Assembly: GCF_009914755.1 (NCBI RefSeq)
Contig: NC_060934.1
Direction: 5' to 3' (one strand)
DNA: 64,000 nt
Source of the DNA: the human T2T-CHM13v2.0 reference genome, Homo sapiens
Positions 1 through 12,841 of the stretch are shown here, one piece after another. Position numbers and translations under genes: made by a program. The notes beneath the pieces were generated by a model. That model made no database searches and was not told the DNA's origin. It was given only the letters and a program-made list of their open reading frames with translations. The stretch's first letter is position 1. Each line of letters opens with the position of its first letter.

Positions 1-1145
1 GGGCCTTGAGTCTAGCACTTAATGGGTGCTAAATACTCACTAGAGAGCAGTCCACCTCATTCTTTGCCTGGTTGTCCCGAAATAACACCCCCAAGCATCA
101 TCAGAAACCATGTTTGGGATGGATTGTTTTTAGACTAGGCAGACCCTCTGGTGGCTCCAATTATATTAAGAGGATTTTATTTTTATGACACAAATTAATT
201 TTCAATTGCCTCTACTTGTAGATAAACTAGTAAAAATAATTCTGAAGAGATGGCAGAATCAGATGAATAACAAGGAATCTATTCCCCTTAATGCTTATCA
301 TTATTACTATTAAATCATCCAACTCAAGGAGTTCCTAACAGCAGCAGCAGCAATGAAAGGGAACAACCAGGGCTCCCAGGAATGGAAGTCCCACAGCATT
401 TTTTCCTTTCTGCCACACCACTCCCAGCACACTAGGGAGCTGTTTCTGTATTCGGCCATGGCTCTTGTTTGATAGCAGTGATATGCTCCCTCGCCTGTTA
501 TGTGCTACAGCCAAGGATGCAGGAGACCATCTAAGAGGACCAAGGCCCCTGGGGCAGGTTTCAGGAGCAGCTCACCATACTCATTCCCCTATGATCTAAG
601 TAGAGGTCCTTGGTGCAACCAGACAGACATCTCTGTGTCTTTCTCCTCAAGTCTCCCAGAGCCTTTTTTTCCAGTCCCCGTCCCAGGTAGTATCTACACT
701 TAAACAGATGAACAAAAAGGACCTAAGCCTCTACTTGTTCTGCTTCTATTCAGGGTGGGGTGTAGGAGAAAGAGAAAAATGGGACCTCCTCATAGACTTT
801 TCCTTTAGGACTAGATCCATGTCGGCTGCGCACGAACTTTAGATGTACCTCTTTAAGATAACTAGAAAAAAGTGATGATCAGCATATCGGAAAGTACAAA
901 ATCCTGTTGCTTATTAGCAAAATGTGAAAGCACAGACGCCACAGCCAATCAAATAAAAATGATGTTGGAATAAGTAAAATGCGACTCTTCAGAGAATCAA
1001 ACTGGTGACATAAAAGATAAACTTAAAGAAAACAGTCTACAGACAGCCCCCTACATCACCCTAAATCCACCTATCTTCTCTGGTCCCCTGCATGGTGGAC
1101 AAGCCACTGTGAAAGCCCTATTGTTCTGGGGATTCACATGTGTCT

Positions 1146-1463
<318 letters not shown>

Positions 1464-1659
1464 TAATATCCTGAATGGCCAACAATATACCTTATCTTTC
1501 AATCTCCAGTGTCTGGAAGTGTCTCTAGTGGGTAGGGATGTTTGGGGACTGTTTATTGAATGAGTTAAAAAATTCCCAAATAAAATAAATGAGTGGATTA
1601 GGAAATGAATGGCAAGACGGAACATAGAGAATCAGACCCTGATGGTCAGTATCCCCAAA

Positions 1660-2095
1660 GATGGACATTAATAATTACAGATCTAATGGAAGAAAACTTG
1701 GAAGAACTGAAAAAAAATATTAAAGAGATCTGAGATAAGAAATTGAGTGGGATCATCACATGTTCAACAGAGTTAATAATAAGAACATATGCCAAGGCAT
1801 ATCCTAGAGGGAGGGAGAGGAGCTTTCAATTTCAAAGATAAAACTCCTTCAAGCTTTTAAGTCAAAAAGCCAAAAAGAAAAAATATATATCTTACATGCT
1901 ATCCTTTAAAAAGATTCTTTGACTTACAAGAATAAAACCCTGAGTGTTCCTGATTCAAAATAGAAGAAAATGGAGCAGCTCATGTTACAGACAGGGAAGA
2001 TTTTAAGAAGAGATTGTCTTTGTTTTGGCATCAACTATTATCACTGGGAGGATCAGTACTCCCCTATAGAACAGTGTCTTCAAAGGCTCCAGCAA
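1660..2095 (+). mobile_element. Degraded HAL1/old L1M ORF1-like fragment
   Basis: A-rich stretch gaagaaaacttggaagaactgaaaa...gccaaggcatatcctag...aatttcaaagataaa resembles ORF1 of old L1M/HAL1; heavily diverged. Confidence 0.4.
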
Positions 2096-2223
2096 ACATG
2101 GCTGAGGACCACTTTTCATAACCTCTGTGGGAGAATGTGGTTCCCAAGGCACCTTGTCACACCTCTAGAACTCTGGGGTCCCATTAAATCACCAACTGTC
2201 CCATAGAGTACAGGATCCACAGC

Positions 2224-2695
2224 TGTACTGAAAATAGTTAACACTGTAGGTCTAAACTGCTATCTTTGGAAAGGCAAGGTAAGTCCCCGGCTAGTGTCTA
2301 GGAACTTAGAGTTCAGAGGGTTCCCATCACTCCTTGATAAGAGTGGCTCACTATACCTAAGCTGTTTTTTTCAAACAATGTCATTTATGCTGAACACTTG
2401 CTTTACTTCTGAAGTCTGGAGTTTTGGTGCATTCTAGGTAGAGGCTGCCTACATGACTGGCTCCCAGTAAAAGCCCTGGGTGCTCAGTCTCTAATGAGCT
2501 TTCCTAACAGCCAACATCACTTACCTGTTACTGGAGGAATTGAGTACATCCTGCATGATTCCAATGAGGGAAGATTATTGAAGGTTGAACTTCATCCCAT
2601 GTGCTTTTCCCATTTGCTGACTTTGTTTTGTATCCTTTGATTGTAATAAATTATAGCTATGAATACCACTATATGTTTAATCACTGTATCACACA
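2224..2695 (+). mobile_element. MER68 solo LTR (ERVL)
   Basis: Begins tgtactgaaaatagttaac; gataagagtggctcact, tttatgctgaacac, gtctctaatgagctt, tttgctgactttgttttgtatccttt..gtaataaa; ends acaca. Confidence 0.8.
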
Positions 2696-3932
2696 GATTA
2701 TTCTAACTGTCATCATCCAGGCAAATATAATAACCTTTTAGAGTAATTGTCTCTATGGAATTCTACAGGCAGACAAGCTGGAGACCAGTGTGGTAAAAAA
2801 TGGAGGAACCAGGAGAAGACCATGTCTGGGTCCCAAGACTATCATGTCTATCTTTGGTAAGAGAGAGGCCTGGAGATGATTCTGGAAAGCTTCATTGACA
2901 TGTCAAATAGATGCTCAATATTCTTCTTGAGCACCCCACTGTCCTGCCAGGTCCTTGCCCATTCCTGCTGGGATGATAAAGAGCTTTATAGACCCTATAA
3001 AACACAGACATTTTTTTCCAGCTGTGCCATCTGGTTGTTTTTCTTTTTACAAGCAGTCAGCAGAAAGACTCATCTGTTGAGACATAGATGTAGCAGTGTA
3101 TGTGTGTTTGTGTGTGGGTGTGCATGCTCATCTCTTTATGCATTGGGCAGAGAAGTCTAATTATTGCTATGGTAGAGGAATGCATGGTGAAAGCATTCTG
3201 AAACATATGGGAAAGATTAAGACTCAGATGTTCCCCAAAGTGCATGTACACCAGCATCAGAAGCCCATCAACCTCAGCCTTCTGCTGCCCCACCACCTCT
3301 GCTCTGACCTCCCTAAGGGGCTAGCTTTGCTCTTGTTCTGAAAGCAAATCAAGGGCAGCCCCGAGATTACCGGTAGTAGAACACACTGCACCCATGCCTT
3401 TGCAAGTCAAAGCTGGGTGCTCTGCTGATGAGAAAAGCTGTTGCCATTGGGATGGTGAAAAACATCGTGCCCGACTCTTGCAATCAACTGGCCATTATAA
3501 TTTCATACTCTATGAGCACTTCTGCTGCCAATATCTGCCTATCAATGGGAACTGAGGCAACAGTTTTTTCTTAGAAATCTAATATTACAGATTCAAGAGG
3601 CTATCTTGTCTATCCCTCTGGGTTTGCGTATATATCTGAAGTATCTCTGAAATATCCAAAATATTTATCTGGATATAGAATAGATACTCAATAATGGTAA
3701 CTGCTTTTCTGTTGGTCTCCAAGGAAGGCAGTTATTCTTCTACAATCATTCAATTGATATCAAGTATTATTGAACTTTCACTGCATATACAGATACTCTA
3801 CTGGTCATCATTAGATAGTTCTCCAAAGAACAGAGATTCAGAGAGTCTTGTAAAGATTACAGCAATTAAGTGGAAAGATCATGGTTTGCTCCTTGGGCCA
3901 CTGGACTGCAAACCTCTTTTCTTTCCCCTAGA

Positions 3933-4153
3933 TTAGGATTTCTCCACTTCAGCACCGTTGACATTGTGGGCCAGATAATTCTTTGTGGCAAGCCCTGTCC
4001 TGTGCATTGTAGGATGTTTAGTGTTATCCCTGGCTGATACCAGTTGCAGCCGTCTAGTTATGGAACCCAAAGAGATCCCTAGACATCCTCAAATATCCTC
4101 AGGAAGGGGTGGAAAATCTCCTACCCTCCCACCTTCTGTTGAGAAACACTGCC
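3933..4153. mobile_element. MER20 (hAT-Charlie MITE)
   Basis: gacattgtgggccagataattctttgt...tgtcctgtgcattgtaggatgtttag...gttgagaaacactg. Confidence 0.85.
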
Positions 4154-4175
4154 CTGTAGCAAGCTGCCTGTGAAG

Positions 4176-4375
4176 CTTTGCTACTCAAAGTGTGGTTTGC
4201 TTCTCAAAGTATGCTACTCAAAGTGACCAGAAGCTTCAGCATCAGCATCACCCAAAACCTTGTTAAAAACAAATGCAGAATCTCACACCTCTTCTCAGGC
4301 CTACTGAGTCAGAACTGACATTTAAACAGGAGCTTCAAGGTGATCCATATGCATATTCAAGTTTGCAAAATACTG
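4176..4375. mobile_element. MER5A-type hAT-Charlie MITE
   Basis: gctactcaaagtgtgg...agcatcagcatcacc...aaatgcagaatctca...cctactgagtcagaa...aagtttgcaaaatactg. Confidence 0.8.
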
Positions 4376-4526
4376 TTCCCTGGTATCTTGTGGTCACAGT
4401 TGTTCCTCACAGATTTTCCCAGACAAATTCAGGTTCTGAAAGTGAGAGGTCTAGCAAACTGCTCATGAAGTGAATCACATTCTTTCAATTACATTGTTCA
4501 CTAGATTTTTGTCGAAATATTATAAA

Positions 4527-4774
4527 TTTTTTTTATTTTACTTTAAGTTCTGGGATACATGTGCAGAATGTTCAGCTTTGTTACATAGGTATATATGTGC
4601 CACGGTGGTTTGCTGTACCTATCAACCCGTCTTCTAGGTTTTAAGCCCTGTGACCACTACGTATTTGTCCTAATGCTGTCTTTCCCCTTGCCCCCGGCCC
4701 CCAACAGGCCCCAGTGTGTGATGTTCCCCTCCTTGTGTCCATGTTCCATGTGTTCTCATTGTTCAACTCCCACT
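4527..4774 (-). mobile_element. L1PA8-like 3' end, 5'-truncated
   Basis: ttttactttaagttctgggatacatgtgcagaa...taggttttaagccc...tatttgtcctaatgc...gttcaactcccact. Confidence 0.85.
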
Positions 4775-4823
4775 GCCACGGTATTTTCTTAAAAGCTAAC
4801 TCCTGGGATAGGACCACCACTAG

Positions 4824-5175
<352 letters not shown>

Positions 5176-6255
5176 TCATTGATTCTTGCTGAGGAAGTGC
5201 ATTGTGCAGAGCACTGGGGATAAGGGATGCACGGAGCCTGGGTTGCCAACTGGAAGCCCATTCTGCAACTGCACTTTCTATGAGAGCCCGCATGGATCTC
5301 AGCTTCTGGACACAGATGCATCTGCTGTTCTCTGAGCTCAGCTAATGTTCACAGTCCATGCACTTCTGAGAACACAAACTGAACTCACTGTACCCGCATA
5401 GAATCAGCAGTGTAGGACCCCGCCACTGCATGGGAAGGGGATCTTGACTTTCAAGCTTTCTGTTGATTTATTTGAAATGTCTGATGAGGGCCAGCCAATA
5501 GCCTTAAGGTGAATGACTGTCTGATTCACAATGAGGAATGCTGAGTTAATCATACAGTGCTCTAGAAAAAGAGTAGTGGGGAGGGTTTGAGTTTGGAAAT
5601 CAGGGTTATTCCCTTTTCCCTATCAGCAATTTCACAGAAGTTGTTTAAGCATGTCAGTTAAACGTTGGAATGTTTTTCAAATGAAACCTACAATAAGGAG
5701 GGGAGAACTGTGCCCTTAGCATCATAAGGCCAGGGTTGAAAAGAATTATGAACAAAGACTAGAGTAGATGGTATTTAAAATTCAATTAATTCTCATAAAA
5801 ATGAATATTTTCATGCACAGCCCACTTTGAAAGTTCTCCCACTCCCTATCACCACCACCAATTTACCTGTCTGGAGATCATTCAAAGCCAACAGAACTGA
5901 GACCAGAGCCCATTCTCTCCTGGCCACCAGCAGAAACTGAGTAGAGAATAAACTCTCAGGCTATGAACCTTATAAGAGGACCTGAGAACTGGACTGAACT
6001 CTTCTCATGAAGTGGGAGGTATATGGCTTCCCAGGGCACTAGGAGGCAGGATCACCACACAGGGAGGGCTTAAAGGAAGAGGAACACAGAAAGAGAGAAG
6101 AAAATGAAAAGATTCATAGAAGTAGCGGGCAGAGTCCCAGGAGGATGGTGGTGAAGTGTTTTGCACCTTAGGAAGTTCAAGAGAAAGAGAGACCAGGGAG
6201 CCGTGAGCCTTCTACTCACACGCACAGACAGAATACTCACCCTGTATGGCTTTGA

Positions 6256-6726
<471 letters not shown>

Positions 6727-7509
6727 TGATATCATACTCAGGAACCAATATGCATGGTGAGCTTTGATTTTATATATAAATCTAATTTTATATATTTATA
6801 TATGAGTATACATATAAATATGTATATACTCAAAATGAATCTGTATTGTGTAACAAAATCTAATAAATAGAGAAGACATTTAAAATTAATGCTGGACTCC
6901 CAAGTTAAAATTCCATTAAAAGTATCAATAATGTATCAATTTTTCAATTGCTGATTTAGACTGGTAAACATTTCATTGTCTTTCCTCAAAATTCAGGAAG
7001 AAGAAATGATGTTGTAATTTTCTTCATAAAACACAATATAATCTGTGCACATGCAATTTAGCAGACCAAATTTTATGAAAATTGATGACGATTAGCCAAG
7101 GACATTCTATCAGTGAAAAACAACAACAACAACAAAAAGATTGACTACCTGCATGCCAGGTTCTATAGTTAGCATTAAGAATGCAAATGTGAGAAAAGTT
7201 ACAGCCCCATCTGGAGGGGGCATGATATTATGGGAAAGATTACAATGGGACGTGTCCATTCTGACACGTGTTCTGTACTCTCACAGAGGTTCAAGAGGTG
7301 TCACTGGCACCAGAAGCCCTCCATCCTCAACCCCACATGTTGGTGGTAAGGGCCCTGGAGAGTCTTTGGTCATGCAGAGATGATACAGACCAGTTTTATT
7401 TGTTTTGGTTCTCTCTGTTTGTTTGAACTTCACAGTACTCACTGTTATCATGGGAGCAGAGTGAGTCATGGCTCAAGTTTAGCTCAGAGTGGTACATTTT
7501 AGCCAAGCT

Positions 7510-7785
7510 TGTGTGTGTGTGATATATGTGTGTATATACATATTTACTAATATATAGTTTATATATGGGTGTATATATACTTTGTGTATATATGTATATT
7601 TACATATATGTACATATATAATACACATGTATTCATCTATATATTCATCCCATGATATATGTGTATACATATGTATAAAATCACACACCCATCATGAGAT
7701 GTAGATATTAAAATAATGCAAGAATATACATATATATGTATAAATGTATGAGTAAATACACACACACACACTCTCACACATATGT
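7510..7785. repeat. Low-complexity (TG/TA/CA)n alternating purine-pyrimidine tract
   Basis: Runs of tgtg, tata and caca. Confidence 0.85.
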
Positions 7786-8884
7786 ACATCCCCTTCCCCT
7801 TCCAGTTGTACAATTCCCTCCTGATTGAGATTTCTACTATTATTTTAATACCCACACGCCATGGTGGGTCACTGGGGCATCATCCAGATGGGCAGTAGAG
7901 GTGAGCCTGAAACGTAAACTTTACCCCACCATTTGACAAGTTGTCTGTGCTCAGAACCTCATCTGGGATCTAATTTGCTAAACTGAAGGCCTTAGGCATT
8001 TTTGTAATGCAGCATATGGCCAAAAGAAATCAGGTTCTTTTGTTTTTTTTTTCAGTTGAATAAGGCTAAGAAGAGGAACTCACCCAAATTGAACATCAGT
8101 ACATGAGAGGAGGATAAAAAAAATCCAAAGCTGTGCTTGCAACCTAGGCACAGAGAGGTGTAGACAAAGCCTCTGACACAAGGCGCTCTGATGACCACCA
8201 GGGGCATTCTTTAATGCGCAGGCAAATGAAGAATGATGCAGGGCTGTGCCAGAGCCTCATCAAAGGCAGAGGTATGCCAGGCACTGAGCTTCAGCACAGA
8301 GACTAGCAGAGCTTCCCTACATCTCTCTGGAGCCCTCTCAGCATGGAAACATTGCAATGGGATGAGAGGAAAGAATGTAATTGTACCTCAAAAGAGGTGA
8401 CAGTTACAGGTAGGGGCTGTGATCCCTGGAACAGATTGCCCAATAAAAGCAAAGGCAGATTTCAAGTTGTCTGATCCTGAAAATTAGAAAAGTACATGAC
8501 TTAGCTGATATCACTCTTTTTTCTCCCATTCACCTCTGGTGGCCTCAGAAAGCCCATAACCTCTAATGTAGTTTTCTTTTCCAAAATTTCTCCAGTTTCA
8601 CCCCGACCTTCTTCCACACCACCCTTCCTACTAGCTCCTGGCTCACCTAGTGCAGTACGAGTAGTGCTGGAATCATCCTCTCCACATTGGGGTCAGTCTT
8701 TCAATCATCTTCCTTAGAATTGTCCCTTTTATCTGTTCCTTCTGCCCCAAACCCTGGTAACATTGCCTGATAACTGAAGTTCCCATGCAACTTTTGAGTT
8801 TTGTCCATGACTAGTGGGCATAGAAGGAGATTTTCTATTTGGTGGCCAAGTTTGCTGACAAGATCAGCTGCCTTTAGCATTTGT

Positions 8885-9200
8885 ACGGGACTTTAATGAG
8901 TAAGGAGGGATGTGTTGTGTGGAGAAAGGAAGAAGGGCTTCCAGGCAGAGGAAGCAGTGTGCACAAAGGCACAGAGATACAGAGAGGGCACCAGGGATGG
9001 AGGCAGCATGAGTAACACTGAGGAGACAGAGCACAGTATGCATGGGGAGACAGTGGGTGATGTGTCTGTAAAGTTATGGCATCATAAAGAAAAGTTATGA
9101 CATCATGAAGAAAAGCCACCCTGGGAGCAAAGCAAGTTAGGGTTGTAAGAGACATTTCTGAGATTAAAGCAGCCAGATCTATGATGGGGTGGGTACGGGT
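8885..9200 (-). mobile_element. L2 fragment
   Basis: ttccaggcagaggaagcagtgtgcacaaaggcacagag, a typical antisense L2 motif. Confidence 0.6.
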
Positions 9201-10842
9201 GGTTAAAGAGAAAGAGAACGTGAGAATGACTCATGAGACTATTAAACTGACTTAACTGAAATTTTAATAAAGGGGGAAATACCAACTACGATGCACCCCC
9301 CCCCCCCCACCACACCATGTTTTAATGCTACTCAAGGTCTATGGCTGGGAAAGGCCACTTGTTTTTCTTCAGTTAATGCTGAGACTGTTTGTCTGCCAGA
9401 GGTAAGAATGTCCTGCTTGGTCAAAGAACATGCTAGGATTTTGGAAAAACAGAGGAATGGTTTATCTTCCGAGAGAATAGACCTAGATTCTGATACGCTA
9501 TATGCTATTCCACCAGATCTGGGGAAAATTACAGTAAAACCTTTTTTTTTTTTAGAATTATCATGGGATATTTAACATTAACCAAGTCCCCTAGTTACGC
9601 TGAATGTGTCCACTGGGCCTGACATGGACTTCTTGCATGGGAAGCGTACATGAAGTCAGGCCAAGTTGTCCAGCTGCATTGGCAATGGCTGGCCAGGAAA
9701 GGCCAGGCTGGATCCCATTTCATTTGGGCATTTCGCGCCAGGCTGTTGTCCCGTCTGCAAAGGGGCTGCTGGCAAGAAGCATCCCCAAACACTCAGTTGC
9801 AAGGATATAAATTTCAGTGAGCCTTTTCAATATTCATGCAATTACCCCGGAAAGCACATTTGACATTTCATAAATACAGCAGAATATTTAGCATTTGTCT
9901 CTCCCTCTCTGCTACCTAAGCATACATGGGAAAATATTCCCCAGAGACCCTGCTGTCTGAAATGGCAACAGTTATTGAATCCATAAATTTGATGGATCAA
10001 AGTCTTCCTTCTTCATCCCTTTTGTAATTTATAAATGAAAGTGTGACCATATAAATAAGGTGGCAGGGTGTCCTTCCTCATGGAGCACAACCAGCCATTT
10101 CTTGCAACAGGCCAGCCTCCCGCCAGCTCTGCCTGCAGCTTTAATCCTTTATGTTTGAGTCTCCAAAGTGAGCTCACAAACCAATAGACCCCACACAGAC
10201 CTGTGCCATGGCATGGGGGCCTGAGTGTGGAGGCCCCAGACACCCAGGCAGCAGTAGACAGTGCCAACGACAGGCTTGTGTTCCTGCCTCAGAGCCACCG
10301 AACACGATTTCAGTTTCCCAAGGACTCTGGGGGCTCTGCAGATGGATTGAGAGAACTCTGGGGCCTTGCACACAGCCCTCCCCATCCTCCCACAACCCAC
10401 ACAGGCTCAGGAATAAAAACTGCAGCTCTTCAGCAGCTCACCTGAGGGTGTATCAATGAGAGAAGCAAACCACCTTGCTTGACCCAAGCCTGGCCTTTGT
10501 GAGCCAGCGCTGAAGATAGAGCTTCTGTATCAGAACAGCCCATCTCACAGCTGCCCTGTGGCATCCCAAACATAGGCCAGATCTTCATGGACCTGGCTCC
10601 TCTCCCCAGGCAGGAAAGTAGTATCTCTCCTGTGTGCCTGACATGAAACAAGGTCCTCCTCTGCCACCAATAGGCTTATGAAGATAAATAAGTAATGCAT
10701 ATTTTTCTCTAAAAGAAGGAACAGGAGCCGTTTTCCATACATGAGGCAATAAGGCTGACCTACCTGAGAGTTATTTTCAGAGCTATGTAGCGAATTATTT
10801 TGACTTTTTTCAATATTAGAGATGAATTCTTAATGTGTAAAA

Positions 10843-11250
10843 TGTGTGTTTATATACATGCATGCATACATACATATATAATATGTGTATGTATGCATAC
10901 ATACATGTACATATAATATGTGTATGTATGCATCTGTGGATATATGTGTGTGTCTAATAGTGTGGTGTATCTGAGATCAAGTTGATATATGTTCATGAAT
11001 GTGTATATTAAAGATTATATGTATAATATATGAATGAGCATAAATGTTAATGCTATCCACAGATGTGTATAAAATTATTGTGTGTATTGGTATTTAAGAC
11101 TGGTATTGGTATTGGTAAACACGACTGGTATTGGTATGTGCTTGTATATATGCAATAATGTAATGTGTATAGGAATGCATATATGCACACACGCATTCAT
11201 ATGAATGAATATGTGTACGTGAGTCTATGTAAGCGTAGTTTAAATGTAGT
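10843..11250. repeat. (TATG/CATA)n low-complexity tract with embedded (TATTGG)n
   Basis: Direct inspection; gactggtattggta occurs twice at ~11098-11137. Confidence 0.85.
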
Positions 11251-11282
11251 TTATATTTAGTTTGAATTTCTCTATAGCAAAA

Positions 11283-11455
11283 TATGTGTCGGGCACTGTA
11301 TTTTACATATATTAGTTTATTTTCACATCTTTAAAAATCTATAATTACTTTCATTTTAACTGATGCAGAAAGTTACTGTCAGAGAGAGAATGGTTTGTTC
11401 AGGATCCCACAGGCGGCAAAAGGCAAAGTGGAGATTAAATCCTTGGTCTGACACA
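11283..11455 (-). mobile_element. MIR
   Basis: tgtgtcgggcactgt...cattttaactgatgcagaaa...gtggagattaaatccttggtctgac. Confidence 0.6.
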
Positions 11456-12616
11456 CTGTAGATAGACAGGGCTCCTAATATATATGTATATACACAAATA
11501 TTCACATATGTTGTGTAGGTATGTGGGGTAGGGGTGTGCATGTGCACATATGTATGAAAGGGGTCTCCTGTGCAGGGTCTATGTGCACAGGATTCACCTG
11601 CATGCATATGTAGTCTAAGCCACCTCCTCTCATTGATCCATTTATTTTCCCGAAAGCCCTTTCTTCACCATCAGTCTCTTCACAGGATGATTGTCTATCT
11701 GTGACCCTTTGGCCCTTTTAAGTGCTGCTGCAACAGCAGATAACCAGATATGGGACCAGCCACTTTGGCAAGGCCACCTAATGCATCTAGTATGTTCAAG
11801 AGACCTGCAGAGCCAGGGGTTAGGAGGACCTGTGGTGCTGAGTGGCTCCAAAGTAGGCCCATCAGATTTCTCCAGTTCATGAAGAAAGTGGGCACCTTCA
11901 AGTGGAATGTCTTCATAAGGTCCCAAACGAGTTGCTAATCATAAAATGGGGACTGCTGTGTCTTCCACTCAAAGTAGCTGATGGAAGAAAGCCAGAGAAG
12001 ATAAAAGTGTCTGGCATACAGCTATACAGATGCAGCGCTTTAAAAGTGTCCTCTCCTTGCTGTGGAGACACAGTACACTGCAGTAGTGCTGGCCAACAGG
12101 CAGGTGGATGTTTTACTATTCATCTTCTTTCTTTGAAACCATTACATTTTGCACACGTGAGTTCACTTCCAGCCTGCATCTCCCTCTTTGGGAACTGCCC
12201 ATAGTGCAGCAGCAGAGGCCCTGCAGCCATGTGGACACCATGTGATCTGCCTCCACTCAGAGACAAATGATTGGAGGAAGGGGAGCCTCCCACAGTAACA
12301 CCAGTGAGATTCAGGCTCCAGGAACCTGGACTGAGGTGGAGGGGCTCTTGCAGGCTTCTGGAGCCCATTGGAACTGAGAGCCTCACTAGAGCAGGACTGA
12401 GGCACCCCTGGCATGCTGGGGTGAAGGAAGTTGTTTATAAAGGAAAACAAAAAATTTAGCTGGAAGAAACAGAATCAAGATACCATGTGGCCCCTAGAAG
12501 ACAAGCAATGACCTTGCTTCTTAAATTTTCATTTCCATGTTCATTCCCTCCCAGACCTGGCTATTACTCCTCAGGTTCCTTCAGGTAACTGCTATGTCCT
12601 TCCAAAAGCACCTCCC

Positions 12617-12694
12617 TTTTGCTTATAATATTCTGGATGCATTTCTATTCCTGTATTTTGCTTATAATATTCTGGGTGCTTTTCTGTTCAGTGA
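12617..12694 (+). repeat. 39-bp tandem duplication
   Basis: ttttgcttataatattctggatgcatttctattc.. (12617-12655) repeated at 12656-12694 with few mismatches. Confidence 0.9.
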
Positions 12695-12791
12695 TGCCTG
12701 AATTTTAAATGCTCAGCTGTGTCTGAGGCACTGAGTGTTCTAGAACATTCCTGCCACCCCTTTCACTGTTTTGACATTCCTATGATCTTAG

Positions 12792-12841
12792 TCTTTTTCA
12801 CTAAGACTAGTTTATAGTCTTTATAGTCTTAGTGAAAAAGA
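12792..12841. repeat. Perfect 18-bp inverted repeat, 14-nt loop
   Basis: tctttttcactaagacta (12792-12809) / tagtcttagtgaaaaaga (12824-12841). Confidence 0.95.

Noticed and set aside
8193-8208. CTCF-like ccaccaggggca
   Set aside because: One base short of the CCASYAGRKGGC core spacing; not supportable
9360-9407. Possible 29-nt micro-exon (ttcttcag ... gag|gtaaga)
   Set aside because: Splice-like signals of this quality occur often by chance; no partner exons or reading frame found
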